Assembly: GCF_009914755.1 (NCBI RefSeq)
Contig: NC_060938.1
Origin: the human T2T-CHM13v2.0 reference genome, Homo sapiens
Strand: one strand, 5' to 3'
Length of the DNA stretch: 64,000 nt
Position numbers and translations under genes: made by a program. Under the pieces are notes generated by a model. It saw only the letters and a list, made by a program, of their open reading frames with translations. It made no database searches and was not told where the DNA came from. Shown here piece after piece: positions 1-14,083 of the stretch (position 1 is its first letter; every line of letters starts with the position of its first letter).

Positions 1-68
1 CAAACCTGCAGTGGGCTATGCTTGTGCCACTGCACTTCAGCCTGGGGTGAGATCCTGTATCTTAAAAA
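1..68 (+). mobile_element. Alu (J-like) 3' end
   Basis: ctgcagtg...ccactgcacttcagcctggg plus A tail. Confidence 0.8.
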
Positions 69-157
69 ACTATTATTTTCATACTGTAATATAATCTAGA
101 GTACAGGACCAGAGAACTCAGTTCAACACAGAGAGATGTAATATCTGCATAGTTATT

Positions 158-643
<486 letters not shown>

Positions 644-709
644 TATTATAGTTCTTTTTATAATTGGCAGGATTAGCTGTGGCCTACATGATCACAGGAA
701 ATAATAAGG

Positions 710-1040
710 CAGGGGTTGTAAACTCAAATGCCTATAAGCACGAGCCATGTAACAGAAGTACATGAAACAGTTAAGTGTAAGACATAGATATTTATTAGTT
801 GATTTTAGCTGCTGACAACAGCAGCAAACATTTATTTTTTTGCTCATGGGTCTCCATGTCTGCAAAGGTGGATCCTGTCTTCTTCAGGCTGCAGTGAGGT
901 TCAGATGTGCCCCACAAGTTGTAACAGCAGCAGGAAAACCAGAGAGAGATTTCAAATGGATGTTCCTTGAGTACAGTCTGCTGACATTCATTTATCCTGC
1001 CCTATGTTTTGAAAGGCAGATAACTAGGCCTCTGTTCTAA
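710..1040. mobile_element. MER45-family (hAT-Tip100) fragment
   Basis: Begins caggggttgtaaactcaaatgccta, like the recalled MER45 terminus. Confidence 0.45.
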
Positions 1041-2825
1041 TACAGACATTTAGCATATGCGGTTGATTGGACCATTGTTCCCAATTCTTCACTTACTCTC
1101 TAATTTAGAAATAAACATTCTGCTCTGTAATGGTTTACTAGAGTCTTTTATGTGGCACATGTTCAATAACTGCTGTTAAATGAATGATTATATCCCTTAA
1201 TACTGTTTGATTTTTGTTAATGGTGGAACTTGGGGTACTTGTCATTTCCATTCCCTCCTGCTTTTTCTGCTCTTTTCCCATCCCTACTCTTCCTCTCTCC
1301 CTTCCCATTTACTTCCAAAACGGCAGCTGTCAATATGAAAAAGGAGGGAGTGGTAGAGAGAATCCAAGACATAAACTCTTCCACATGTTGGTGTAAAGTA
1401 ATTTAAGATCAAGGTTTCTTTCACAAGGCAAAATGCAATGCAACCTGGCCTTTCTGAGATTCTTTTTTTTTTTCCTTTTTTATGGTTTTGGCTTTAGGAT
1501 TTAGAATGTTAGTTATTTTAAAAATGAATTTTGTAGGTCTGAAGACCTACTCATATTTCTACATAATTGTTGAGCAAACGGAGACAAGTAGTTAGATGCT
1601 GGAGGTCATTAAAAAATATTTTTTAATGAAGCTTTTTTAAAACATGCTCACTGGTTTCAGATCAGAGCCAGGCATCCTTAAATTGTCTTCTGCCAGGTAT
1701 TGGCTTGGCAGATTACCCTGTCCAGTTGCCCTCATCTTGAATGTGAGGAGAGTTAACTTGATAAGATTTTAGGTCCTAACTGGACCAGATTTTACATTCC
1801 TCTCAGCCATGAAAAGTTTAAGATGAGCAGGCTTCATTTTTACTTTAGTACAATTAGACCTTTTCTTGGGAACAATTCTCTTTCCTCTTCAAACCAATTA
1901 TTAACATTTTCTTCCTTGCTGATATTTGAGTGATATTCACTACTGACTTTTTTTTTTTTTAGTTCTTTTACATTTCTCAAGCAGGTTGTTGAAACTTTGG
2001 CTCTAACTATATGAAGTGAATTGTTTTTTTACTGGTGTTTTCGCTGTGTAAATATTGTATTCAGTCTGAGTTTACAAGAAGCAAATAACTTAGCCTATTC
2101 TGGTTTGGCATGTTTTCTCTTTCTAACCACCATTGGGGCTGAAGCTGGGAACTGAACACAACTTGAAATTTTGTGGTTTGGGTGCTAGAATTCAGAGCTA
2201 GACTATCTGAAGCTAAAAATTATTAATGTTGAAATGTTTTCACCCACTAAATAAACCTGAAAAAAAATGAAATGTAACTCCAGGCAGCCCATAAAATCGC
2301 ATATGGTATAATTTTTTTGAGTCTAGGAAGAGATGAAAAAAATTTGTGAGCAGGATCTGAGATTGTTAAAAAAAATTAGAAATTGTTTATTATGGTTTAA
2401 AGTAAATGCTACTATCCAAACTCTAATCCAAACTCAACAAACAAACCCAGAAATCTCTTACTGTTATTCACATGATGTTTTATTTTCTCCAAGACTATAC
2501 TGAATCAGTACATAAAAATAATGAAGTAGGGAAAATGCCAGTTGCCCTTGTTTAACTTTTCAGCTATTTTTTACATGTTTTCTTTAAAGATAGAATAGTA
2601 AAGTAATACTTTACATTTTCAAGGTACTTGATACTTCACTGAATATTTCCAAATATATCATCTTAATTAAAATAATGGCTTGTTTCACCCTTTTAAAAAT
2701 CACAAAGCATTGAACAGTTTTCAGCTCATTAAATCTGAGAACATATCCAAAACTTGGCACATGGATAGTATGTATAGAAAGGCTAGTCCTTTTTCCTCTG
2801 CTAGTTAGCACTCTAATGATATTAA

Positions 2826-3916
2826 TGATGGAAGATTTTTCTCAGCCCCTTTGCTGGACTTATGACAGGGGTATCCCATTTACTCGGCCCACCATGCTCA
2901 ACCTCTTGCGGGAGGGAGCACGTGAGTGAGTGAGTGCGGGATCTGGCTGGCTGTTCCAGGCACTTGCAGGAGCAAGCTTCATGTGCTGGTATGAGTGAGC
3001 AAGTGCGGGATCTGGCCAGCACAGCTCGGAGTGCCAGCAGGAGCAAGCTCTGTGTGGGATCCGCGGCCAGACCAGGCATGAGCTAGCGAGTGTGGGATCC
3101 GGCCAGCCACTCTGGGAGCTGCCAGGAGCAAACTCCATGAAGGGCCCGTGGAGGCACCCAGGTAAGGGTGCCTGTGACCCCGAATCCCCAGAGTGGGTGT
3201 TACAGTACTCTCTTAGTTCTGCCCTCTGCGGACGGTGGTGTGTTAGCAGCTCAGTTGGCCCCTTACCTCGTTATGTGGGGCAGTTGCCCTCTGCTGGTGA
3301 GGGCAAAGGGCCAGCGTGACAGCCTTCTGGGTACCCGCACTTGGTGGGTCCCTGTCTGGCATCCAAGAAGAATGAGGTCAGTTGGACAATTGACGGATGG
3401 TGAAGGCAGATAATTTTATTGAGCGATGAAAATGACTCTCCGTGGAGAGGATAGCTAGAGAGGGGACAGGAAGGGCAGGTCATCTTCCCTAAAGTTGGGT
3501 CATCTCTTCCCCGAAGTCCAGCTGTCTTACCCAAAGTCTGGCCATCTCCCTTAAATTCCGGCTGTCTCCGGTATTGATTGAGTTTGGGTTCTTTATAGGT
3601 ACAGAATGGGGAGTGCATGCTGATTGGTTTGCAATTATGCAAAAAATTTTAAAGCAAAGACACCACTCAAAGGTGGGCGAGACAGTGTGGAAAACGAATT
3701 AGGAAAGGGTAGGTATACGTAAAATAGGTGAAGGGTGAGGATCAGTCCAGAGGAAAGCGTGCCAAACAGGAAGACAAGTTCTCACTCTGGTCCAGGGATT
3801 TAACATATAGCTTGGCTTTCAGGCTTTGAACTGTATCCGGCTTGGAGGTGGGGTTTCACCGGATACCTGGCCCTACCCTATCTGCCTAGGCATTTCACTG
3901 CCTCCTGTCGCTATCA
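2826..3916 (-). mobile_element. ERV1 solo LTR, LTR28-like
   Basis: TG...CA ends; minus strand starts tgatagcgacaggaggcag; 4-bp TSD ttaa/ttag; minus-strand CCAAT, TATAAA and AATAAA. Confidence 0.75.
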
Positions 3917-4793
3917 TTAGTAAGCATAAGCATTTCTTTATTTCAAGATCCACTTTCAACTTTTACTGACAGAAGTTTCCCTTGCCCTGATATCTGGTGA
4001 CTAATTTGATCCATGTTGTTTTTGAAAATGAAGAAAGTTCCATAAAAATGTTTAGAGCTCTGAATTTAGACTAGCATTCTCCAAAGCAGGGTATGTAAAA
4101 TGTTTCATTAGGTTGTGGGAAGAAAATATTAAAACTTTTATTGTTTCAATCTAACAAATGAAATTTACCTTAATTAACATTTAATCAATGGATCAACACT
4201 GACATCCTCACTTGGTCTGGGTGTCAGACTGTTGGGTATCAGTTATAGTGCATGAGGAAAGCATGCAGGGGTTGACAGAGGCCCCTTGCTTGTTATTTTC
4301 AACATACTGGGATGAATTATAAGTCTGCATATATCTAGTTAGGTGGATTTATGGATTTAACAAAATCAAAGTTCACAAAACAGATAAATGGCAAGAAAGA
4401 TTCCTGCAAAGAAACTAAATTGTGTGCAATACTAATAATGAGAGTGGAAGTGAGCCACACACATGTATAGGTCAGAGCGGATGCTTCTCCTATGAGACAT
4501 TAATGTTGAAGTAAAAATCAACAACAATCTAATCTCAGCTGAGAAGATGTCCAGAAAAAGTGAAATTATAAGCAAGACAATTTGATAGATGGAATTGTAT
4601 CCACTATTGTTAACAAAGAAACACTTTCTGATATTTTATTCCCTTGAAATACTGGCTAACAATAGTAGGAAGCCATCATAATTAATGAACATGTGGGACA
4701 GGAAGTTAAACTGACAAAAGTTTTTCCATGACATTTAAAGTTATGTGACACATAACTCAGTATCTAGAAAAATGTCATTAAAATAAATAATAG

Positions 4794-5225
<432 letters not shown>

Positions 5226-5514
5226 TTAAATGAACTCTTTCATGAACAAATACTTTGAGAAGTTGCATAGAAATCTTTGAAGATGATTTGAATCATTGAG
5301 AACTTAAATTATTTAATGTGAGAGGATGCTATATATTTGAAGTACAGATGTTTCTAACAAGGCTCAGATTATCATAGTAGCTATATTTTGTTTCAATAAT
5401 GAAATACATGAAGAACTAATTTCATTTTGTGCCATTAAAATAAAGATGTATCAGGGAAGATATATTCTTGAAAATAAGTGACTTTATGAATACAAAACAA
5501 TGTATATGAGAGAA

Positions 5515-5905
5515 TTTCCTGGGATAACGATAGTGTTTTGACTTTGTAAGAGTTTAGGTTGCATACATGTATGCACTTGTTCAAGTTTATGAAATGGTAG
5601 ACTTATAATTTGCACATTTCATTGCATGTAGAATTTACTGCAAAAGGAAAAAAAGGAATAATACATGTTAAATTCTAGTTAATGCTATGCATGCTGGACT
5701 GTTGGGGGAAACTATATTAATGTGTTTGACTTACTTTGAAATGCATTAAAAAAACCCTAAGATGGATTGGTGAATGGATTAATCATACAGAAAGCATACA
5801 GTATAGTCATAGTATAGTATAACAAATACAGTAAAAATTTTAAATGCAGAGTCTAAGTGGTGGGTATATGGATGGTCCCTGTAAAAGTCTTTCAACTTTT
5901 CTGTT
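5515..5905 (+). mobile_element. Old L1 (L1ME-type) 3' UTR fragment
   Basis: gcagagtctaagtggtgggtatatgg...ctttcaacttttctg, typical of an L1ME 3' end. Confidence 0.6.
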
Positions 5906-6015
5906 GCATCATCCTTAGGTAATCTATAGCAACACATAGGTTGATGTCAGATATGCAAAGAGAGTATTTCAGTATGGTATTAATGTTGTTAATTTTTCTT
6001 AAAATCTGACTGTTA

Positions 6016-6697
<682 letters not shown>

Positions 6698-7075
6698 GAT
6701 GGGTGAAGCATGTTTTTTTAAATGAAAAGACAAGAGATGTCAAATTTGCTGACCCTTTTTTGTATGACAAGTGACTATGTAATCTGCATTGCAGATTAAA
6801 CACCAAGCAACCAACCAATCAATGCAACACTGTTACTTCATTTCTTCAAGGTAAAGGTAATGTTTTAACAAGGAGTGAAAATGTAACTGCCTTTTCTAAA
6901 GGCTGGGATAAAAACACAGAATGTTTTTAAAATCACTGTTTGGAATATTTCTTTTATCATGTGATTTTTGTTGTCAAAGATATGTGTGTCTTATGAAAAT
7001 TTATCTGCACTCTTAAAAAATACTTGGAAAAATATTTTGTATACTCTTCAAAAATGTTACAAATAGAGTTTCAGT

Positions 7076-7536
7076 CAGTGGGGGGGAAGGGGGAATAGGG
7101 GAAGGAGAGATGTTGGTAAAAGGGTCTCAAGTTTGTTAGACAGTAGGAATAAATTTTGGTGATTTATTTTACAGCATGGTAACTATAGTTAGTAATAATG
7201 TTGTATATTTCAAATTGCTAGAAGAGTAGATTTTAAATGTTCCCACCAAAAAAAAGATAAGTATATGAAGTGATAGATATGTTAATTAGCTTGATTTAAC
7301 CATTCTACAGTGTACTATAAACATATTTCAAAATATCATCATATTGAACTCCATAAATATATATTATTATTTATCAATTAAAAATATTAAAACAAGCAAA
7401 ACCCATGATACATATCTGGTGGCAAATGAGTATCGTGGTAGAAATTCATCAAACTGCTCAGATGTGATTTGTGTACTTTTCTGGCTGATGGTCATACTTC
7501 AGTAAAACTAAATAAATGTAAGCAAAAAAAAAAAAA
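7076..7536 (+). mobile_element. L1MA 3' end plus ~140 bp of extra 3' sequence and poly(A), within one TSD
   Basis: L1MA 3' UTR to ~7395; AATAAA at 7511; A run 7524-7537; TSD agtttcagt (7067-7075 / 7537-7545). Confidence 0.7.
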
Positions 7537-8254
7537 AGTTTCAGTGGGTTTTTAAACCAGTTGTTAAAAATGTTAAAATGTGACATGTTTTGATTCGTCT
7601 GCAAGAACAATCAATTGACGTGAAGGAAGATCAATAAAAACTTTTGCATAATTGATGGAAGGTATTGAAAAATGCAAGTAGTAATTTAGTTAAGTCCAAC
7701 AAATGATGTATTTCTTTAATTTCAATCCTTGCATCTTTGTAATTATCCCCTTCTCAGCTTACAATTAAGTACTGAAATAAGTGGAACTTAGGACCTGACA
7801 TTTCAATCACCGAATCACAAAATATTTACATTATTATTTTTTAAAGATACAATTTGGCTTATTATTTTCATTATTATCATTGCTCTACTTAAAATGGTAA
7901 GCTTTTATGAGAGCAAACAGATCTTTTATATAAGTAATAAATATTATAAAATGATTTTTAATGTTTATAATTTTTAATTCATACTTTGTGTGTGTTTTAT
8001 ACTCTATAGGACATATTAGTAAAATAGTATGTTCATAATAAATATGCATATATTGGAGGGCTGTACTAAATTTTGTTTTGATTGCTTTTTTTGGCTGGTT
8101 TGTTGGGGTATGTGGTCAAATAAGTTTGGAGAACTCTCTTTACTGATCTCTCATAATCTGGCAAGCTATTATTGACAGGAGTAATTATTTATTCTTAAAG
8201 TCTAAATGATCATTGTAAAGATTATAAACCAGCATATAGTTTTAAATATGGGAA

Positions 8255-8371
8255 TTTTTTTTTTTTTTTTTTTTTTTGAGACATGGTCTTGCTTTGTTGC
8301 TCTGGCTGGTCTAGAACTCCTGGGCTCAAGTGATTCTCTTGCCTCAGCCTCTGGGATTACAGGCGTGTGCT
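8255..8371 (-). mobile_element. FLAM Alu monomer
   Basis: Poly-T followed by a single monomer. Confidence 0.8.
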
Positions 8372-8435
8372 AAACATTTGTGTTTTAAGGTTGAACTTTG
8401 ATAAATGAAGTTTACCTTTAGACCAAATTCTGAAA

Positions 8436-8590
8436 CAGTGGTTCTCAAAGTATATAATAACATCAGCATTACCTGGGAACTTACTAGCGATGTAAATTCT
8501 CAGGCCATGACCCAGACCTACTGAACCAGAAATGCTGGTTAACAAGCTTTCCAGGTGATTCTGATGCTCACTCAAATCTGAGAACCACAT
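8436..8590. mobile_element. MER5A MITE
   Basis: TIRs cagtggttctca...tgagaaccac; cccagacctactgaa core. Confidence 0.8.
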
Positions 8591-8899
8591 ATCTAGATGA
8601 TTTAGACTCATGAATCACTCCTACTTATTTCTTCCTACTTCATAATGTATCTGAGACAGTTTCTTTATTGTATGTCTTAGTTTTAGCCCAGACTTTTTTC
8701 CCTCTCTTAGATTTTTTTTTCTTTTCCCTTCCTCTCCTCTCCCCTTCCTCTCAATGTTAAAAAAAAAGTTCTTTAGTGTTATTTTCACAAAGAAATAGTG
8801 CATTGGTTCTAAAAATTTGGGCGCCACAACTAATGTGACAAATAGCATGTGTTTAAAGGAGATATTTCTAAACATTTTCAAATTAATTTTGTTAACTAC

Positions 8900-9335
8900 T
8901 GTATTAGTTCATTCTCACATTGCTATAAAGAACTACCTGAGACTGGGTAATTTATGAAGAAGAGAGGTGTAATCGACTCACAGTTCTGCAGGCTTAACAG
9001 GAGGCATGGTTGGGAGGCCTCAGGAAACTTACAGGGGAAGCAAGCACATCTTATTATGGCAGAACAGGAGAGAGAGAGAGACAGACAGAGACATCTTACT
9101 ATGGCGGAACAGGAGAGAGAGAGACATCTTACTATGGCAGAACAGGAGAGAGAGAGAGAGAGAAAGAGAAAGTGCCACACACATTTAAACCATCAGATCT
9201 TGTGAGAACTCACTATCATGAGAACAGCAAGAGGGAAACTGCCACCATGATCTAATCACCTCCCACCAGGCCCCCTCCTCCAGTACTGGGGATTACAATT
9301 CAACCTGAGATTTGGATGGGGACACAGAGCCAAAC
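8900..9335 (-). mobile_element. MSTA (MaLR) LTR with an internal triplication
   Basis: tgtattagt...gctataaagaactacctgagactgggtaatttatgaag...gagatttggatggggacacagagccaaa. Confidence 0.85.
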
Positions 9336-9806
9336 TACTTCTAGTTACACTTGAATATGGATATAATTAATTTCCTATTATTTCCTGTCTATACTCTTTT
9401 GATTTCAACTTTTATAATCTCAAAATAGTTTTCTGCCAATGAAGATTTCAAAACAGACATTTCAAAGTAGGAATCACCTAAACTCAACAGTTGTTTATAA
9501 AGCAATAAATTTGCTTTATTTCTCTTTCTACACACATATATGCACACACATACACATTTTTATTTGCTGAACTGTTTGAAAATAAATTGTGTACATCAGT
9601 ACCCTTCACCCCTAAATACTCTTAAAAATATGGATTAAAGTAGCCCTTAATGGGACTAGTGCAACATTGTTTTGAAATGCTAATTTTTAACAAATGCTCA
9701 ACCATTTATTAAAGACTCTTAAATATTTTAAGGTCCTATTATAAATATCTTCATGAGGAAAAGGTATAGAATGCCAAGTTATGATGGTATAAATGAGTGA
9801 ATGTTT

Positions 9807-10001
9807 CAGCCTTTCTCAACTAGAAGTTTCTCATCTGAACTACAAAATACAGTGGATGATTTGAGTGACTATTTTCTCAATTCCTCCAAGGATGGTACAT
9901 AACTAGTGCCAATTCAGATGCAGAGGGGAGAAGTTAATTCATTCCATACAATGGATGTCTTGGGCTTAATTCTCTCCTGGGAACCCAGGTTAGTTGGACT
10001 G
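9807..10001. mobile_element. MER105-like hAT MITE
   Basis: cagcctttctcaac start; gatttgagtgactattttctcaatt core; ends ~105 bp upstream of exon 5. Confidence 0.7.
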
Positions 10002-10061
10002 CATATATGGCAAAGTCTTAAAAGGATTTTGCTTTGACTGGCTTGTGATGTTTATCTAAAT

Positions 10062-10064
<3 letters not shown>

Positions 10065-10105
<41 letters not shown>
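10065..10105 (+). repeat. T41 run forming the exon 5 polypyrimidine tract
   Basis: 41 consecutive T directly before the AG at 10106-10107; branch-like TAAC at 10061-10064. Confidence 0.95.
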
Positions 10106-10107
<2 letters not shown>

Positions 10108-10108
<1 letters not shown>

Positions 10109-10244
10109 TTACAGGTCCACCAGGTTGTGGAAAAACTCAGTTTTGTATAATGATGAGCATTTTGGCTACATTACCCACCAACATGGGAGGATTAGAAGGA
10201 GCTGTGGTGTACATTGACACAGAGTCTGCATTTAGTGCTGAAAG
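10108..10244 (+). CDS. RAD51B: RAD51B coding exon 5 (137 nt, phase 0 to 2) with Walker A
   Basis: T41-AG acceptor; ITGPPGCGKTQFCIMMSILATLPTNMGGLEGAVVYIDTESAFSAE(R); donor AG|GTATGA. Confidence 0.97.
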
Positions 10245-10270
10245 GTATGAGATTTTATTTTCTATTATAA

Positions 10271-10942
<672 letters not shown>

Positions 10943-10959
10943 TAAATTGGTCTTTTTAT

Positions 10960-11430
10960 AAATGTATCCCAGTAGTAAATGAATAAGGAATGATAGAATA
11001 TCACCAAATTACAAACTCTGACAATCTAATGGATCTAGGCATTTAACATCACAAAAAGATGACGAGTCACTGGGGTACTTTCTGATGGAAGAACAATCAA
11101 ATTTGAATGTGATCAAGGCTTCAGATCCAGCCACCAATTTACAACCTAGCTAGAGAAGAGAGGAACACATCAAACTGCTCTAGAAAATGCAATTAGCAGA
11201 ATCCAAACTGTGGGAAATAACAGAACAAACAACTTGGTTTCTGTAACAAATAAATTGTAAGATTAAAAAATAGTTGGAAGGGGAACCTTTGGATTAAAAC
11301 AGATTTAAAAGCCTTATTGATCAATTGCTGTGTGATTAACTTATTTGGATCTTGACTTAAATAAATGGTTAAAAAAAAGAACAGAAGAATAAACATTGAG
11401 ACTACTGGAAATTTGAACATGAAAATATAT
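10960..11430 (+). mobile_element. Old L1 (L1MC-type) fragment
   Basis: ctaatggatctaggc...cagatccagccaccaatttac...aacaacttggtttc resembles an L1MC 3' region. Confidence 0.55.
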
Positions 11431-12364
11431 TTGAGATTAAAGCTGGTAAAGACTGGTTCACTCAAATTGTCCAAGTACTCTTTAAAATGCCAATGACTAG
11501 CCTTCGACTAACAAGCCAAGTAGGTATTAAATAGCCAGTTATGTCATAAATAGCTAATGTTCAAATAGCTCTTACAAAGGTCCTGGGGAATTTGGGTAAA
11601 GAATTCAAAGATTAAGATTATTTTTATAACAGCAGTTCAGTTCACTGTAATGGATTTCTGCTTTCTTTGCACCACATACAAAACAGAGTTTAGGATGTCT
11701 TCTTAAGGAGGAAACTGTTGCATGTTATTTTATTACCAGTATTACAGTTCAGAGCAGTGTAAAAACCTTATCAATGAATTGGGTGATATCAGCATACATA
11801 CAGAAGACTAGCAGGTGACTTGTCTGCATTTTCCAAATGAATTTGTGGAGAGTCTTATGTTTTTTGTCTTTGCATAGAGCCTTAATTATTTACTTTTTGA
11901 ATCCCCCATATTTACTTATTTCTCCTTCATATCTTTTTCTGCCAATGTGCATGTTGGTATTTACATCAGAGGCAGGTTGGAAAATGAAGAGGTAATATTT
12001 TAGCTCCTTTGTTGGAATTACGTTGCATAGTTCACAAGGAGCTCTTATGAAGGTCATTTGAGAATAGGGGTTGAACTTTATATTGTATTTGGTTTTTTAT
12101 TCCATTCTCCACAAGGCTTAAAATGAGTGATCATCTGGCTCACACATGGAATGGATTTTGAGGTCTGGTGATAGGGCCAAGTAGAATAAAAAATATGAAT
12201 GCTCTCCGATATATATGCCAGATTTGGCATTCTTATACTACCTTCTAGTTTGTCATGGTGGGTCATAGAATGGAACTGGCCCTGTAGTGTCTGATCACAT
12301 TTCATTCATTCTGTTACAGGACAGCTTAACCCCTATTTGGAATTATCAGGAAAGGTTGGCCAAT

Positions 12365-12850
12365 CGGTTAGGAAAGCTTACTGCTGCAGATAACTGAGTA
12401 TCCAAAGAACAGTAGCTTAAACAAAAAGAGGTTTATTTCTCTCATATAACAAGACCTGAGTAGGTGGTTGCTGGCACTGGGTCACTCAGGTCTCAGTGAT
12501 GACAGAGAGACCTAGGGCATGCACATTTTCAGACATCGGATTCATTCTGTGCTCAAGTCAGTGTGAAGAAAAAGGGCCAGCTATATCTTTTATCAGGAAA
12601 GTGTACTTTTATTCATAATATCTGCCTCCTCCCATCTGTGGATTTCCTTTTTGTTGCCTGTAGTCCTCTTGTAGATTTCTCACTGAGTCACCTCTATATG
12701 TAAAAAGAGGCTGGGAAAGTGAGGGGAGAAGATCGTCGTAACAATCATGATGAGTTGTCTGGTTAATATTGCTGCCTGAATAAAACTGGGGCTCTCATAG
12801 CGAGGAAGAAGTGGAAATGGATATTGGATTGGTAATTAACAGTTTCTGTC
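12365..12850 (-). mobile_element. Old MLT1 (J/K-like) MaLR LTR
   Basis: aacagtagcttaaac...gtttatttctctcatataacaag...ggctgggaaa motifs. Confidence 0.55.
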
Positions 12851-13178
12851 CCAGCCCCAGCTGTTTCTGGACTTAGAGAAGAGGTAAGGCAGGGAAATAT
12901 GAGACGCAAAAAGGACTATGTTGTAGCTCTGTATGTGTTCACATTGTCTCCACTTTGTGCTTGCAAAGCTAGCCGGCTAACCAGCACAAATGAGAAAGTG
13001 TTTAAAGGATTAATATGATGAAGGATTAAAGGATTCACATATATAGAATTTAGGGTACGTGAGAAAAAGTTGAAAATAATTTCTTCCTATAAATATCTAG
13101 ATATCTTTTTACTAAGAAGGAGAGAGAAATCAAAGGAGGAATAAATACAAACTACTTAGGTTTAAAATGTATTAAAGA

Positions 13179-14083
13179 GGGAGGAGCCAAGATGGCCGAA
13201 TAGGAACAGCTCTGGTCTACAGCTCCCAGCATGAGCGACGCAGAAGATGGGTGATTTCTGCATTTCCATCTGAGGTACCGGGTTCATCTCACTAGGGAGT
13301 GCCAAACAGTGGGCGCAGGTCAGTGGGTGCCCGCACCACATGCAAGCCGAAGCAGGGCGAGGCATTGCCTCACTCGGGAAGCGCAAGGGGTCAGGGAGTT
13401 CCCTTTCCGAGTCAAAGAAAGGGGTGACAGACGGCACCTGGAAAATCGGGTCACTCCCACCCGAATACTGTGCTTTTCCGACGGGCTTAAAAAACAGAGC
13501 ATCAGGAGATTATATCCCGCACCTGGCTCAGAGGGTCCTACGCCCATGGAGTCTCACTGATTGCTAGCACAGCAGTCTGAGATCAAACTGCAAGGCGGCA
13601 GCGAGGCTCAGGGAGGGGCACCCGCCATTGCCCAGGCTTGCTTAGGTAAACAAAGCAGCCAGGAAGCTCGAACTGGGTGGAGCCCACCACAGCTCAAGGA
13701 GGCCTGCCTGCCTCTGTAGGCTCCACCTCTGGGGGCAGGGCACAGACAAACAAAAAGACAGCAGTAACCTCTGCAGACATAAATGTCCCTGTCTGACAGC
13801 TTTGAAGAGAGCAGTGGTTCTCCCAGCACGCAGCTGGAGATCTGAGAACGGGCAGACTGCCTCCTCAAGTGGGTCCCTGACCCCTGACCCCCGAGCAGCC
13901 TAACTGGGAGGCATCCCTCAGCAGGGGCAGACTGACACCTCACACGGCCGGGTACTCCAGCAGACCTGCAGCTGAGGGTCCTGTCTGTTAGAAGGAAAAC
14001 TAACAAACAGAAAGGACATCCACACCAAAAACCCATCTGTACATCACCATCATCAAAGACCAAAAGTAGATAAAACCACAAAG
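13179..14083. promoter_or_regulatory. L1 5'UTR internal sense and antisense promoter
   Basis: 905-bp 5'UTR; YY1 site caagatggc intact; partly eroded CpGs; splice donor GAG|GTACCG at 13275. Confidence 0.75.

Noticed and set aside
1324-1332. CAGCTGTCA E-box/MEIS composite motif
   Set aside because: A single short motif that also occurs in MER82 near 59974; not enough to call an enhancer.
8923-9255. Repetitive-peptide ORFs on both strands
   Set aside because: By-products of the triplication and (GA)n in the MSTA LTR.
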